64,000 bases of DNA from Patescibacteria group bacterium (GTDB lineage Bacteria; Patescibacteriota; Microgenomatia; 0-14-0-10-38-17): the NCBI GenBank assembly GCA_050953885.1, contig JBMNNJ010000001.1, positions 271,437 to 335,436 of the forward strand. Direction: 5' to 3'. Under the pieces are notes generated by a model. The model did not search any database. It saw nothing but the letters and a program-made list of their open reading frames with translations, and was not told the origin of the DNA. Shown piece after piece: positions 1 to 9,649 of the stretch (positions within the stretch are counted from its first letter, which is position 1; the number at the start of each line of letters is the position of its first letter). The position numbers and the translations under genes are program-made.

Positions 1-336
1 GGCTATGAAGTTGTTTTCACTCCCAAGAATTTAGAAAGGGTGGGGAAGATTTTGTTTATTAAAAAAGGCTGTCGGTTAAGCCTTCAATATCATGATCAGA
101 AAGAAGAAACGCTCTGTTTATTTCAGGGAAAAGCCAAAATCTGGCTGGAGGATGAAAAAGGCCAAATAAAACCCCTTTACATGAAGCCGCAAATGGGCTA
201 CACTGTTTTGAAGGGTCAAAAACACCGCCTGGAAGCCTTGGAGGATAGTTTTATTTTTGAGGTTTCCTCGCCGGAAAGAGGCACTACTTATCGGCTGGAA
301 GACGATTACCAAAGAGGAACGGAAAAAATAAAATAA
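1..336 (+). CDS. Cupin-domain protein, 5'-partial (mannose-6-phosphate isomerase type II / GDP-mannose pyrophosphorylase C-terminal cupin-like)
   Basis: The frame is open from base 1. The motif LSLQYHxxxxE...GYTVLKGQKHRLEAL matches the cupin_2 barrel of type II PMI enzymes. The gene continues upstream of the window. Confidence 0.55.
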   Translation, partial: GYEVVFTPKNLERVGKILFIKKGCRLSLQYHDQKEETLCLFQGKAKIWLEDEKGQIKPLYMKPQMGYTVLKGQKHRLEALEDSFIFEVSSPERGTTYRLEDDYQRGTEKIK

Positions 337-558
337 AGAAATTAAAAAAGTAGAAATTCGCTCGCCATGCTCGCTGAAATTAAGAAATTAGAAATTAATT
401 TAAACCGTCATTCTGACGAAAGTCAGGATCTGCGTTTTTCAGACATCAATAACGATTCTGAATCAAGTTCAGAATGACGCTGATCGTGACTGCTATTCTG
501 ACGAATCCGCCAGCGGGCGGATGGACTTTTGAATTTTGAATTTTGAATTTTTTAAGCC

Positions 559-2850
559 GTGCCTTTAGAAAATCATTCTCCCTACGTTCTCTGGTTTAAC
601 GAAGTTGACAAAGAAGATATTCCCTTGGTGGGCGATAAGGGCGCTAACTTGGGCGAGATGACCAAAATTGGCGCCGCCGTGCCCGACGGTTTTATTGTCA
701 CCACCACCGCCTACTTTTACTTCTTAAAAGAAAACAACTTGGAGGAAAAAATCCGCGTTCTGCTGCGACAAGTTAATCCCTCCAAACCGGAAAGCTATCA
801 GGAAGTGGCGGAAAAAATCCAACGGTTAATTATCAACTCGCCCATGCCCAAAGATTTGGCCTTACAAATTATGAAGGCTTATCTTAAATTGGGCAAGGGT
901 ATTCAAGAACCGTTGGTGGCGGTACGCTCCTCGGCCACGGCTGGGGACTTGCAACGGACTTTTCTTAACATTAAGGGCGAGGCCAACGTGGTTAATAGCG
1001 TTCATCGTTGCTGGGCGTCACTTTTTGAAGGCCGGGGAATTTTTTATCGCGAAGAGCATGGCTTTGACCATCTTAAGGTGGGCATTGCCGTGCCGGTGCA
1101 AAAAATGGTTCAATCAGACGCCTCGGGAGTGATTTTCACCGCCGACCCCACCGGCCAACGGAAAAATGTTATTTTAATCGAAGCCGTCTGGGGGCTGGGC
1201 GAGCTAATTGTTCAGGGCGAGATTATCCCCGATCTTTACGTGGTTGATTTTAAAACGCTTAAAATTTTAGAAAAGGAAATTCATCCTCAAAGAATTCAAC
1301 TCATTAAAAAGGGCGAAAAAACGTTAAAAACTTTGGTTCCCAAAAGCAAAATTAAAAAACCAAAGCTTACTAACAGCGAGGTGAAAAAATTGGCCAAAAT
1401 GGCCAAAAAAATCCACGAACATTATTTCTTCCCGCAGGATTTAGAATGGGCCCGGGAAAAGGGCAAGTTTTATATTGTCCAAACAAGGCCGATCACAACG
1501 ATAAACAAATCTTCTAAAAAACAAACTTCCCACCTTATTAAGCCCCAAACCTCAAACCTCAAACCATTTTTAACCGGTATCCCCGCCAGCCCCGGGTTAG
1601 GCATTGGTCCGGTGGAAAAAGTTAAATCAGCCAAAGAAATTAATAAAGTAAAAAAGGGCGATATTCTGGTAACGCCGATGACTTCTCCTGATTTTGTGCC
1701 GGCGATGAAACTGGCGGCGGCGATTGTTACCGATCAGGGGGGAATTACCTCCCATGCGGCGATTGTCTCCCGGGAGTTGGGTATTCCTTGTGTGGTGGGC
1801 ACCAAAAATGCCACCCGCAAGCTAAAAGATAATCAGCTTATTATCGTTGATGGCCACGAAGGTAAGGTTTACCCCGCCAAAAAAACCGATTTGGAAGTTT
1901 TTGCCAAAGCAGAGACTGCCAAAACATTGGCGCTTGAGGAAGATAATGGTCCTAAAATTAAAACCGCCACCAAGCTTTATGTTAATTTGGGCGAGCCGGA
2001 TTTAGCCGAGGAAATTGCCCGCAAAAATGTTGACGGCGTCGGCCTTTTACGAGCCGAATTTATGTTTGCTCAAATTGGCACCCATCCCCGCCTTTTAATT
2101 GAGCAAAAGAGAGGAAAAGAGCTGGTAGAAAAACTGTCGGCAGGAATAGAAAAATTCTGCCAGGCTTTTTATCCCCGGCCGGTGGTTTATCGCACCAATG
2201 ATTTTAAAACCAATGAATATCGCCATCTTAAGGGCGGGGAGAAATTTGAGGAGGAAGAAGAAAATCCGCTTTTGGGTTTTCGCGGCGCCAACCGCTATCT
2301 TTCCGACGAGGCAGTTTTTAAACTTGAAGCAGAAGCGATTAAAACCGTTCGTAATAAAAAAGGTTTAAAAAATCTCTGGGTGATGCTTCCTTTTGTACGC
2401 ACTCCCGGGGAACTGCGGGAAACCAAAAAACTTTTGGCCAGTTTTGGCTTAATCCGCAGCCCAAGTTTTAAGCTTTGGCTGATGGTGGAAATTCCCAGCA
2501 ATGTTATTTTATTGGAAGATTTTATTAAGATGGGTATTGACGGCGTTTCCGTAGGCACCAACGACCTAACGATGCTCCTTTTGGGTATTGACCGTGACAA
2601 CCCCCACGTCGCTCATCTTTATGATGAAGAAGACCCGACGGTTTTATGGGCTTTGGAAAAAATCATCAAAACCTGCCAAAAAAATAAAATTACTTCCTCT
2701 ATTTGCGGCCAAGCGCCATCCGACAGCCTTTCTTTAGTAAAAAAGCTTGTCCGTTGGGGAATTACCAGCATCTCCGTTAACCCCGACGCTATTGGTAAAG
2801 TGCGCCAGACCATTGCCGAAGCGGAGAAAGAGGTCGTGGGGAAGAAATAA
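559..2850 (+). CDS. ppsA: Phosphoenolpyruvate synthase (pyruvate, water dikinase)
   Basis: GTG start. The N-terminus VLWFNEV...GDKGANLGEM matches the PPDK_N ATP-grasp domain. The mobile phospho-His domain GGITSHAAIVSRELGIPCVVG is present. The C-terminal PEP-utilising TIM barrel is present. At 763 aa the length fits PpsA rather than PPDK. Confidence 0.85.
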   Translation: MPLENHSPYVLWFNEVDKEDIPLVGDKGANLGEMTKIGAAVPDGFIVTTTAYFYFLKENNLEEKIRVLLRQVNPSKPESYQEVAEKIQRLIINSPMPKDLALQIMKAYLKLGKGIQEPLVAVRSSATAGDLQRTFLNIKGEANVVNSVHRCWASLFEGRGIFYREEHGFDHLKVGIAVPVQKMVQSDASGVIFTADPTGQRKNVILIEAVWGLGELIVQGEIIPDLYVVDFKTLKILEKEIHPQRIQLIKKGEKTLKTLVPKSKIKKPKLTNSEVKKLAKMAKKIHEHYFFPQDLEWAREKGKFYIVQTRPITTINKSSKKQTSHLIKPQTSNLKPFLTGIPASPGLGIGPVEKVKSAKEINKVKKGDILVTPMTSPDFVPAMKLAAAIVTDQGGITSHAAIVSRELGIPCVVGTKNATRKLKDNQLIIVDGHEGKVYPAKKTDLEVFAKAETAKTLALEEDNGPKIKTATKLYVNLGEPDLAEEIARKNVDGVGLLRAEFMFAQIGTHPRLLIEQKRGKELVEKLSAGIEKFCQAFYPRPVVYRTNDFKTNEYRHLKGGEKFEEEEENPLLGFRGANRYLSDEAVFKLEAEAIKTVRNKKGLKNLWVMLPFVRTPGELRETKKLLASFGLIRSPSFKLWLMVEIPSNVILLEDFIKMGIDGVSVGTNDLTMLLLGIDRDNPHVAHLYDEEDPTVLWALEKIIKTCQKNKITSSICGQAPSDSLSLVKKLVRWGITSISVNPDAIGKVRQTIAEAEKEVVGKK

Positions 2851-2851
2851 A

Positions 2852-3033
2852 ATTCAAAGACAATAAATAAACTCAATAAACTCAAATGTTAAATCGCAAA
2901 ACTCAAAACTACAACTCAAAACTTAAATCTAAAAAAAACAACTTTAAGCCTCAAAAAGTTTTAACATTTGCCATGTAGACCTGCCTGCCGGCAGGCAGGT
3001 TTGCCATTTGCGTTTTGAGATTTGAGTTTTAAC
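2852..3033 (-). repeat. MITE-like intergenic repeat, copy 1 (reverse orientation; carries extra perfect palindrome ACCTGCCTGCCGGCAGGCAGGT at 2979-3000)
   Basis: Shared core CTACATGGCAAATGTTAAAACTTTTTAAAACTTAAAGTTG (here as its reverse complement). Shared flanks AAACTCAAAxCTCAAA... with copies at 6955-7135, 12781-12935, 46651-46800 and 63095-63255. Confidence 0.8.
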
Positions 3034-3220
3034 TTATCCGCCAGCTGGCGGATCAAAATGCAAAATCAGTAATCCGTAATAGGTAACTCGTAATACGTAA
3101 TTATCAAAGACAGGATTATTCTTTTAATTACGAGTTACTAACCTTTTATATTTTACTTTTTAATTTTAACTTGTACTTTTGAATTTTGAATTTTGACTTT
3201 CTTTAGCAATTTATCTTTTT

Positions 3221-4492
3221 ATGTCTAAAATTAAAAAAGTGGAAGCTCGGGAAATTTTAGATTCCCGCGGCAATCCTACCTTGGAAACCACCATTATTTT
3301 GGATAATAATATCTGGGCAAAAGCCTCGGTTCCCTCAGGGGCTTCTACCGGCGCCAACGAGGCACTTGAACTGCGGGATAACGACCCCAAACGCTATTTG
3401 GGTAAGGGGGTGCTTAAAGCTGTTTATAACGTAGAAAATGAAATTGGCCCAAAAATTATCGGCCTTGATCCTTATGAGCAGGAAAAAATTGACAAGGTAA
3501 TGATTGAAGCCGACGGCACGAAAAACAAGAAGAATTTAGGCGCCAACAGCATTCTTTCCTGCTCCATTGCCGTTTTGAAAGCCGCCGCCCAAAACGAAAA
3601 TCAGCACCTCTTTGAATATTGCCGCCGAAAAGCCCAGGAGGCCGGCCTAAAGCTTCCCGAAGAAGAGAAAATTCCCATCCCGGTTTTAAACTTAATTAAC
3701 GGCGGCAAGCATGGGGCCGGCAACTTGGAATTTCAGGAGTTTCACATCATTCCTTGGGGAATTAAAGAATACCACGAACAACTGCGGGCGGCTACCGAGG
3801 TTTACCACCAAGTTGAGGCAATTCTTGAAGAAAATCAGGCGATCCATTCGGTGGGTGATGAAGGCGGTTTTGCCCCCAATTTATTTACCAATCTGGACGC
3901 CATTGAGGTGGTTGTGCGCGCCATTAATAAAGCCGGCTATCTTCTCCATAAAGATATTTATTTAGGCCTTGACGTGGCCGCTGATTTTTTTTATAAAAAT
4001 AACCGCTACAAAATTCGCGACCGCAGCGCTCCGATGGAGGCCAGCGCTCTTATTGATTACTACCGCGACTTAAGAAACCAATACCCCCTGCTTCTTTTGG
4101 AAGACCCCCTTTATGAAGAAGATTTTAAAGGATGGGCCCAGCTGGCGGCCAGTTTTGCTAACGATCAGACTATTTTAGTCGGCGACGATCTTTTGTGCAC
4201 CAATATCGAACGGGTGGAAAAAGCGATCAGCGAAAAAAGCTGCAACGCAGTTTTAGTTAAACCCAATCAAGTAGGCACCATCAGCGAAACTTTTGAAGTA
4301 ATAAAGCGCAGTCGCGAAGCTGACTGGCAGGTAGTGGTTTCCCATCGTTCGGGGGAGACTAACGATACTTTTATCGCCGATTTTGCCGTGGGCGTGGGGG
4401 CTGATTTTGCCAAATTAGGCGCCCCGGCGCGGGGAGAGCGGGTGGCCAAATACAACCGGCTTTTGGAAATTGAGGAGATAATAACTCGCTAA
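3221..4492 (+). CDS. eno: Enolase
   Basis: The N-terminus MSKIKKVEAREILDSRGNPTLETTI and SVPSGASTGANEALELRD are canonical enolase signatures. Confidence 0.95.
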   Translation: MSKIKKVEAREILDSRGNPTLETTIILDNNIWAKASVPSGASTGANEALELRDNDPKRYLGKGVLKAVYNVENEIGPKIIGLDPYEQEKIDKVMIEADGTKNKKNLGANSILSCSIAVLKAAAQNENQHLFEYCRRKAQEAGLKLPEEEKIPIPVLNLINGGKHGAGNLEFQEFHIIPWGIKEYHEQLRAATEVYHQVEAILEENQAIHSVGDEGGFAPNLFTNLDAIEVVVRAINKAGYLLHKDIYLGLDVAADFFYKNNRYKIRDRSAPMEASALIDYYRDLRNQYPLLLLEDPLYEEDFKGWAQLAASFANDQTILVGDDLLCTNIERVEKAISEKSCNAVLVKPNQVGTISETFEVIKRSREADWQVVVSHRSGETNDTFIADFAVGVGADFAKLGAPARGERVAKYNRLLEIEEIITR

Positions 4493-4590
4493 TTCAAAAT
4501 TTAAAAGTTAAAATTCAAAATTGCAAGTCAAAAGTTAAAAGTTTTTTACTTTACTTTTGAATTTTGAATTTTGACTTTTGACTTTTTATC

Positions 4591-6210
4591 ATGCCTTCTC
4601 CCGTTGTTCTTATCATCATGGATGGCTGGGGGCTTTCCCGTCATGAAGAAGGGAATGCGGTTTTGCAAGCCAAAACTCCCAACATTAATAAGCTTTGGGC
4701 TTCTTTTCCCCATACCCAATTAATCGCCTCCGGCGAACCGGTGGGTTTGCCCCAAGGCGAGCCGGGTAATTCGGAAACCGGCCATCTAAATTTAGGCGCC
4801 GGCCGGATTGTTTTTCAGGATTTGGTCCGTATCAATACCAGCATCGCCGACGGCTCATTTTTTAAAAATCCTGCCTTTAAGGAAGCGGCAGAATTTGTTC
4901 GCCAAAACAAAAGCGCCTTGCACATCTTGGGAATGATTGGCGCCGGCGGCACCCATTCCAGCCTTAACCATCTTTTCGCCCTTTTAAACTTTGCCAAGAC
5001 GGAAAAAATTAACCCGGTTTATCTTCATCTTTTTACCGACGGCCGCGATTCTCCTCCCACCGCCGCCCTAAGCATTCTTCCTAAAATTAGGGAGAAAATG
5101 GCGGAAGCAGGAGTGGGCGAAATTGCCACCATTATGGGCCGATTTTGGGCGATGGACCGGGACAACCGCTGGGATCGCACCCAAAAGGCCTACGAAGCCT
5201 TGGTTTTAGGAAAAGGAAAAACCGCCCCCAGCGCGGAAAAAGCAATCGAGCAATCATACCTCGAAAGTAAAACCGATGAATTTATTGAGCCAACGGTAAT
5301 CTTAAAGGGAAAAAAGCCGGTCGCCACTATTAATGATAACGACGCGGTGATCTTTTTTAACTTTCGCATTGACCGGCCGCGGCAATTAACCAAGGCTTTT
5401 GTTTTGCCCGACTTTGAAGAATACCGGCCTAAAAAAGCCTCTTTTGACCCCTACGCAGAACGCTACGGCCAAAAGCTTTACGCACCTATTGAACGAGAAA
5501 AAACTTTCAAACGGGAAAAAGTTTTAAAAAATCTTTATTTTGTCACCATGACCGAATATGAAAAAGGTCTGCCGACCAAAGTGGCTTTTCCCCCTCGCTT
5601 TATTGTTTTCCCCTTGGCCCAAGTTTTAGCGCAAAAAGAAAAGCGTCAGTTTCACCTTGCGGAAACGGAAAAAGAACGCTTCGTCACTTATTACTTTGAC
5701 GGATTTCGGGAAAGGCCCTTTAATTTGGAAAGATGGTATGAAGTTGCTTCGCCGCCGGTAAAAACTTACGACCAAAAACCGGCCATGTCGGCCTACGAGG
5801 TTACCAACGAAGCCCTAAAACAAATTAACCAAAATCATCTTGATTTTATCTTGATTAATTTTGCCAATCCCGACATGGTGGGGCACACCGGCGTTTTGGA
5901 GGCGGGCATCCGTGCCTGCGAGGTAGTTGATGAATGCGTAGGCAAAATTGTCAACCGCATTTTTGTCAACGGCGGCACCGCGGTGATTACCGCCGATCAT
6001 GGCAATGTGGAGGAGATGATTAATCTTGCCACCGGCGAAATTGACACCCAGCATTCTGTTAACCCCGTTCCTTTCATTATCGCCGGCCGGCAATTTTTAG
6101 GCCAACCACACACCCTCCTTCAGGGCATCTTAGCCGATGTGGCGCCCACCGTTTTAAAACTTATGGGGATCACCCCGCCCACGGTGATGACCGGCCGCAG
6201 TTTAATTTAG
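4591..6210 (+). CDS. gpmI: 2,3-bisphosphoglycerate-independent phosphoglycerate mutase
   Basis: The start VLIIMDGWG and the metalloenzyme/iPGM domain motifs ADHGN and GHTG identify iPGM. The length is 539 aa. Confidence 0.9.
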   Translation: MPSPVVLIIMDGWGLSRHEEGNAVLQAKTPNINKLWASFPHTQLIASGEPVGLPQGEPGNSETGHLNLGAGRIVFQDLVRINTSIADGSFFKNPAFKEAAEFVRQNKSALHILGMIGAGGTHSSLNHLFALLNFAKTEKINPVYLHLFTDGRDSPPTAALSILPKIREKMAEAGVGEIATIMGRFWAMDRDNRWDRTQKAYEALVLGKGKTAPSAEKAIEQSYLESKTDEFIEPTVILKGKKPVATINDNDAVIFFNFRIDRPRQLTKAFVLPDFEEYRPKKASFDPYAERYGQKLYAPIEREKTFKREKVLKNLYFVTMTEYEKGLPTKVAFPPRFIVFPLAQVLAQKEKRQFHLAETEKERFVTYYFDGFRERPFNLERWYEVASPPVKTYDQKPAMSAYEVTNEALKQINQNHLDFILINFANPDMVGHTGVLEAGIRACEVVDECVGKIVNRIFVNGGTAVITADHGNVEEMINLATGEIDTQHSVNPVPFIIAGRQFLGQPHTLLQGILADVAPTVLKLMGITPPTVMTGRSLI

Positions 6211-6906
6211 ACAGAAACAAACAACCACTTCTCCCTTTATTTTTCGGCCGCAAATTTTGGGAAAAACTTCTTCTAAGCTGCCACGAACTACTTCTTCGTG
6301 AACTTTAGTTAATTCCCGGGCAACGGCCACTTGAGGATTGCCCAAAATCTCCTTCATTAAGGAAAGCGTTTTTTCCAAACGATAGGGCGATTCGTAAAAA
6401 ATAAATGTTGACGAAAGGGAAGAAAGGGCAATTTTAGCGCTTTCTGCAAAAATCTTTCGCTTTTTGCCTTCTTTTTTAGGCAAAAACCCCAAAAAGAAAA
6501 ATTTATCCGGCGGCAAGCCGGAAAGAATTAAGGCGGTTATCGCCGCGCAGGGGCCGGGGATAGCCGTTATTTCTACCCCCTCCCTGATGGCTTCCCGCAC
6601 CAAAAAAAATCCCGGATCAGAAATAAGCGGGGTGCCGGCGCTGGAGACAAGAGCAATTTTTTGACCTTCCTTCAAACGTCTGATAATTTCCGGCGTTTTT
6701 CTTCTTTCGTTTTCTTCATAAAAAGCCAAAAGAGGCGGAAAGGGCTTTTTTTTGTCCCCAAAAGACTGAAGGAAATAACCGGTACGACGTGTATCTTCGC
6801 AAAGAATTAAATCCGCCTCAAGAAGCGTTTTTTGCGCCCGAGCGCTTAAATCTTCCCTATTGCCGATGGGGGTGGAAACAAGATATAATGGCACAGTAGA
6901 AATCAA
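6202..6906 (-). CDS. rsmI: 16S rRNA (cytidine1402-2'-O)-methyltransferase
   Basis: LYLVSTPIGNREDLSxRA...ILCEDTRRT is the tetrapyrrole-methylase fold of RsmI. Confidence 0.85.
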   Translation of the reverse strand: MISTVPLYLVSTPIGNREDLSARAQKTLLEADLILCEDTRRTGYFLQSFGDKKKPFPPLLAFYEENERRKTPEIIRRLKEGQKIALVSSAGTPLISDPGFFLVREAIREGVEITAIPGPCAAITALILSGLPPDKFFFLGFLPKKEGKKRKIFAESAKIALSSLSSTFIFYESPYRLEKTLSLMKEILGNPQVAVARELTKVHEEVVRGSLEEVFPKICGRKIKGEVVVCFCLN

Positions 6907-6954
6907 CTGCTAAAAGACGCGAATTAACGCAAATGAGAAACGAATGGACACGAA

Positions 6955-7135
6955 AAATAAACGCAAATATTAAATCGCAATCCGCCAGCTGGCGGATCAA
7001 AACGCAAATGGCAAAACTACATGGCAAATGTTAAAACTTTTTAAAACTTAAAGTTGTTTTTTTTAGTTTTGAGTTTTAACATGTAGTTTTGAGTTTTGCG
7101 ATTTGAGATTTGCGATTATTTTTATTATATCGTGT
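6955..7135 (+). repeat. MITE-like intergenic repeat, copy 2
   Basis: See copy 1. It sits in the rsmI/DedA divergent intergenic region, next to ATCCGCCAGCTGGCGGAT at 6980-6997. Confidence 0.8.
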
Positions 7136-7794
7136 TTTCTTTTATTGACCAAATCCTTAACTGGCTGATTGGCGCTATCGGTGATCAGGGGCCGCTGGCA
7201 ATTTTTTTGGGCGGTTTAATTGAGCAGGTCATTATCCCCCTCCCGTCACCTTTAATTGCCATGGCCGGCGGTTTCTTGCTTATTCCCCAAGAGCTTGCCT
7301 TCCTTCAGGTTTGCCAAGAAGTTTTTTTAAAAATCACCCTGCCTTATACCTTAGCCGCTATTTTGGGCTTGGGAATTGTTTATTTTATCGCCTATTTCGG
7401 GGGCAAACCTTTAATTGACAAATTCAGCCGCTGGCTGGGCTTTTCCTGGCAGGAGATTGAGAATTTACAAAAAAAATTTTCCGGCAGTCGTAAAGATGAG
7501 CTTTTAATTATTGCCTTGCGCGCCATTCCCGTTATTCCTATTTCCGTTATCTCCGGCGTTTGCGGCGTTATTCGTTTCTCTATTCCCCGATTTTATCTTG
7601 CCTCGTTTATCGGCATTTTAATCCGCAGTTTTATTTTGGGGCTTATCGGTTGGCAAACCGGCGAGGCTTATCAGGCCATTGCCTCCGGCTTAGACAAAGC
7701 GGAAAGTATCATAACTATCGCTATTTTTGCCATCATTATTGCCCTTCTTTTTTGGGGCTATAAGAAAAGAGAACGGTTTTTGAAGAAAAAATGA
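7096..7794 (+). CDS. DedA/TVP38 (VTT domain) family membrane protein
   Basis: Multi-TM protein. The motif GGLIEQVIIPLPSPLIAMAGGFL matches the DedA signature. Confidence 0.65.
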   Translation: MRFEICDYFYYIVFSFIDQILNWLIGAIGDQGPLAIFLGGLIEQVIIPLPSPLIAMAGGFLLIPQELAFLQVCQEVFLKITLPYTLAAILGLGIVYFIAYFGGKPLIDKFSRWLGFSWQEIENLQKKFSGSRKDELLIIALRAIPVIPISVISGVCGVIRFSIPRFYLASFIGILIRSFILGLIGWQTGEAYQAIASGLDKAESIITIAIFAIIIALLFWGYKKRERFLKKK

Positions 7795-8108
7795 TAAAAA
7801 GACAAGAGCGCTAAGTGTATCATGAAAAATTCAAAGTCCAAAAGGCAAAATCATGCTTGAAATGCGTGAAATGCGTGAAACGCTTGAGACGTCAACCAAA
7901 CATCACCCGCTTCAAACTTTAAACATTTCAAGCCTCAAACTTTAAGGCAGATCCTGATTTTCATCAGGATGACACTTTCGTCAGAGCCTGTCCTGAATTT
8001 AATTCAGGAATGACGGTTGCGTCAAAATGACGGTTTAAATTAATTTCTAATTTCTTAATTTCAGCGAACAGAAGCAAGCGAATTTCTCTTAATTTCCGTC
8101 TTGCGCTT

Positions 8109-8738
8109 TCATTCTCCCTCAAACCGGCGGATAACCCCGGTTACCCTTCCTTTAATTTGCACATTACGGACAAAAATTGGTTTATAAGCGCGATTGGCCG
8201 GTTCAAGCTTTACCCGTGTTTTTTGCCTAAAAAAGCGCTTAATTGTCGCCATGCCATCGTCCAAAACCGCCACCACAATGTCGCCATCACGGGCTTCATT
8301 CTGCTCCTCCACCACCACAAAATCGCCGTCTAAAATTCCCTCATCAATCATCGAATTGCCTTTCACCTGAAGCACAAAAGTTCGTTTCCGGCCGGAGGCA
8401 AAAGAAGCGGGAATACTGGTGGTGGCATTGGGGTCAGGATAGGCCTCAATGGGGGCGCCGGCGGCAACAAAGCCTAAAATCGGCACTTCTACTTGATTAT
8501 CAAAAGGCACGCTCATTAAATCTTTATCCAAAATTTCAATTCCCCGCACCTTGCCCTGATAACGCCGCAAAACTCCTTTTTCCTCCAAGCGCCCTAAATG
8601 TTCATGGACGGTGGCCAGCGAGGAAACACCAATAGCTTCGGCAATCTGTTGCAGGGTAGGGGAGTGGCCAAACTTTTGGATATACTGGTTAATAAAATCC
8701 AAAATCTGGCGCTGACGTTTATATAAAGTTACCGGCAT
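8109..8738 (-). CDS. lexA: LexA repressor
   Basis: N-terminal wHTH (LTKRQRQILDFI...PTLQQIAEAIG). C-terminal S24 peptidase with the AG cleavage site (VAAGAP) and the Ser/Lys catalytic region (GNSM...). The start was chosen at the internal ATG 8736-8738; the ORF track extends to a TTG at 8774. Confidence 0.85.
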   Translation of the reverse strand: MPVTLYKRQRQILDFINQYIQKFGHSPTLQQIAEAIGVSSLATVHEHLGRLEEKGVLRRYQGKVRGIEILDKDLMSVPFDNQVEVPILGFVAAGAPIEAYPDPNATTSIPASFASGRKRTFVLQVKGNSMIDEGILDGDFVVVEEQNEARDGDIVVAVLDDGMATIKRFFRQKTRVKLEPANRAYKPIFVRNVQIKGRVTGVIRRFEGE

Positions 8739-8967
8739 TAAAATCATGCTACCAAAGAAAACCCAAAAAGTCAAGAGAAAAAACCGGCGAATTGCTTATT
8801 TTTCTACCCAAAAAATATCTAAATATCTAATCGTTTATTAAAACTTTCCCCGCTTTCAAAAACTAAATTGCTATGTAGTAATTTAGTCGGGCGGGCAATT
8901 TGTTAAGCAAATATTTTAAGGAAAAAGCTGTTAAAATCAATTAAGAAAACGGCTTCGTCTTGTTTGG

Positions 8968-9513
8968 TTGATTTTTAATTATTTATTAAAGATGGTCTCG
9001 GAAATAATCGTCATCAAAGGCATAAGAGTAAAAATAAGCTGGTTTCCCCGCGGGAAGAAAATCCCCCCTCGAGTAACTCAAGTAAGCGGGTATTGCTTTA
9101 ATAAAAAAGGGGAGGTTTTAATCGTCAAAAATAAAAATGGTCATTGGAATTTCCCCGGCGGTCATCCGGAAAAAAAAGAAACGCCAGTCGAAACTTTGAA
9201 AAGAGAAATTTGGGAAGAAGCGAAAGTTGAAATTAAAGAAGAGTGTTTGATTGGCTATCAGAAAATTGAGTGCCTGCAAAAACCTTATCTTAAAGAAGGG
9301 AAAACCCATCACCAATTACGATATATTTGCTTGGTTAAAAAAATCAGTAAATTCACCGCTGACTTTGAAACCAGAGAACGAAAATTCGTCAAGCAAGATC
9401 ATTTAGATAAATTTATCCCTTGGGTAAAAGGAAAAACTGCCCAAGCGCAAGTTAATCTCCTAAATAATTTTTACAAACAAAATTTCACCTTAAAAAAGCA
9501 TCGTTCCCTATAG
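8968..9513 (+). CDS. NUDIX hydrolase
   Basis: NUDIX box GHPEKKETPVETLKREIWEEAKV (GX5EX7REUXEEXGU). Confidence 0.7.
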   Translation: MIFNYLLKMVSEIIVIKGIRVKISWFPRGKKIPPRVTQVSGYCFNKKGEVLIVKNKNGHWNFPGGHPEKKETPVETLKREIWEEAKVEIKEECLIGYQKIECLQKPYLKEGKTHHQLRYICLVKKISKFTADFETRERKFVKQDHLDKFIPWVKGKTAQAQVNLLNNFYKQNFTLKKHRSL

Positions 9514-9649
9514 CTTAGGCGAAGAAAAAGAACACGCCGCGATGTTAACCAGCTCTCCAAGAGAAAATGAGTCCGCCCCCAACAAAAGGCAACACTTGAC
9601 GATAAACTTTACAAAAAGCTTTACAATTCTTTAGTTTGGTTCTATACTA

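Noticed and set aside
8775-8967. Search for a LexA operator (CTGT-N8-ACAG or CGAACRNRYGTTYC) in the lexA/NUDIX divergent promoter region
   Set aside because: No convincing match was seen by eye. It is not reported as a feature. The SOS motif of this lineage may differ.
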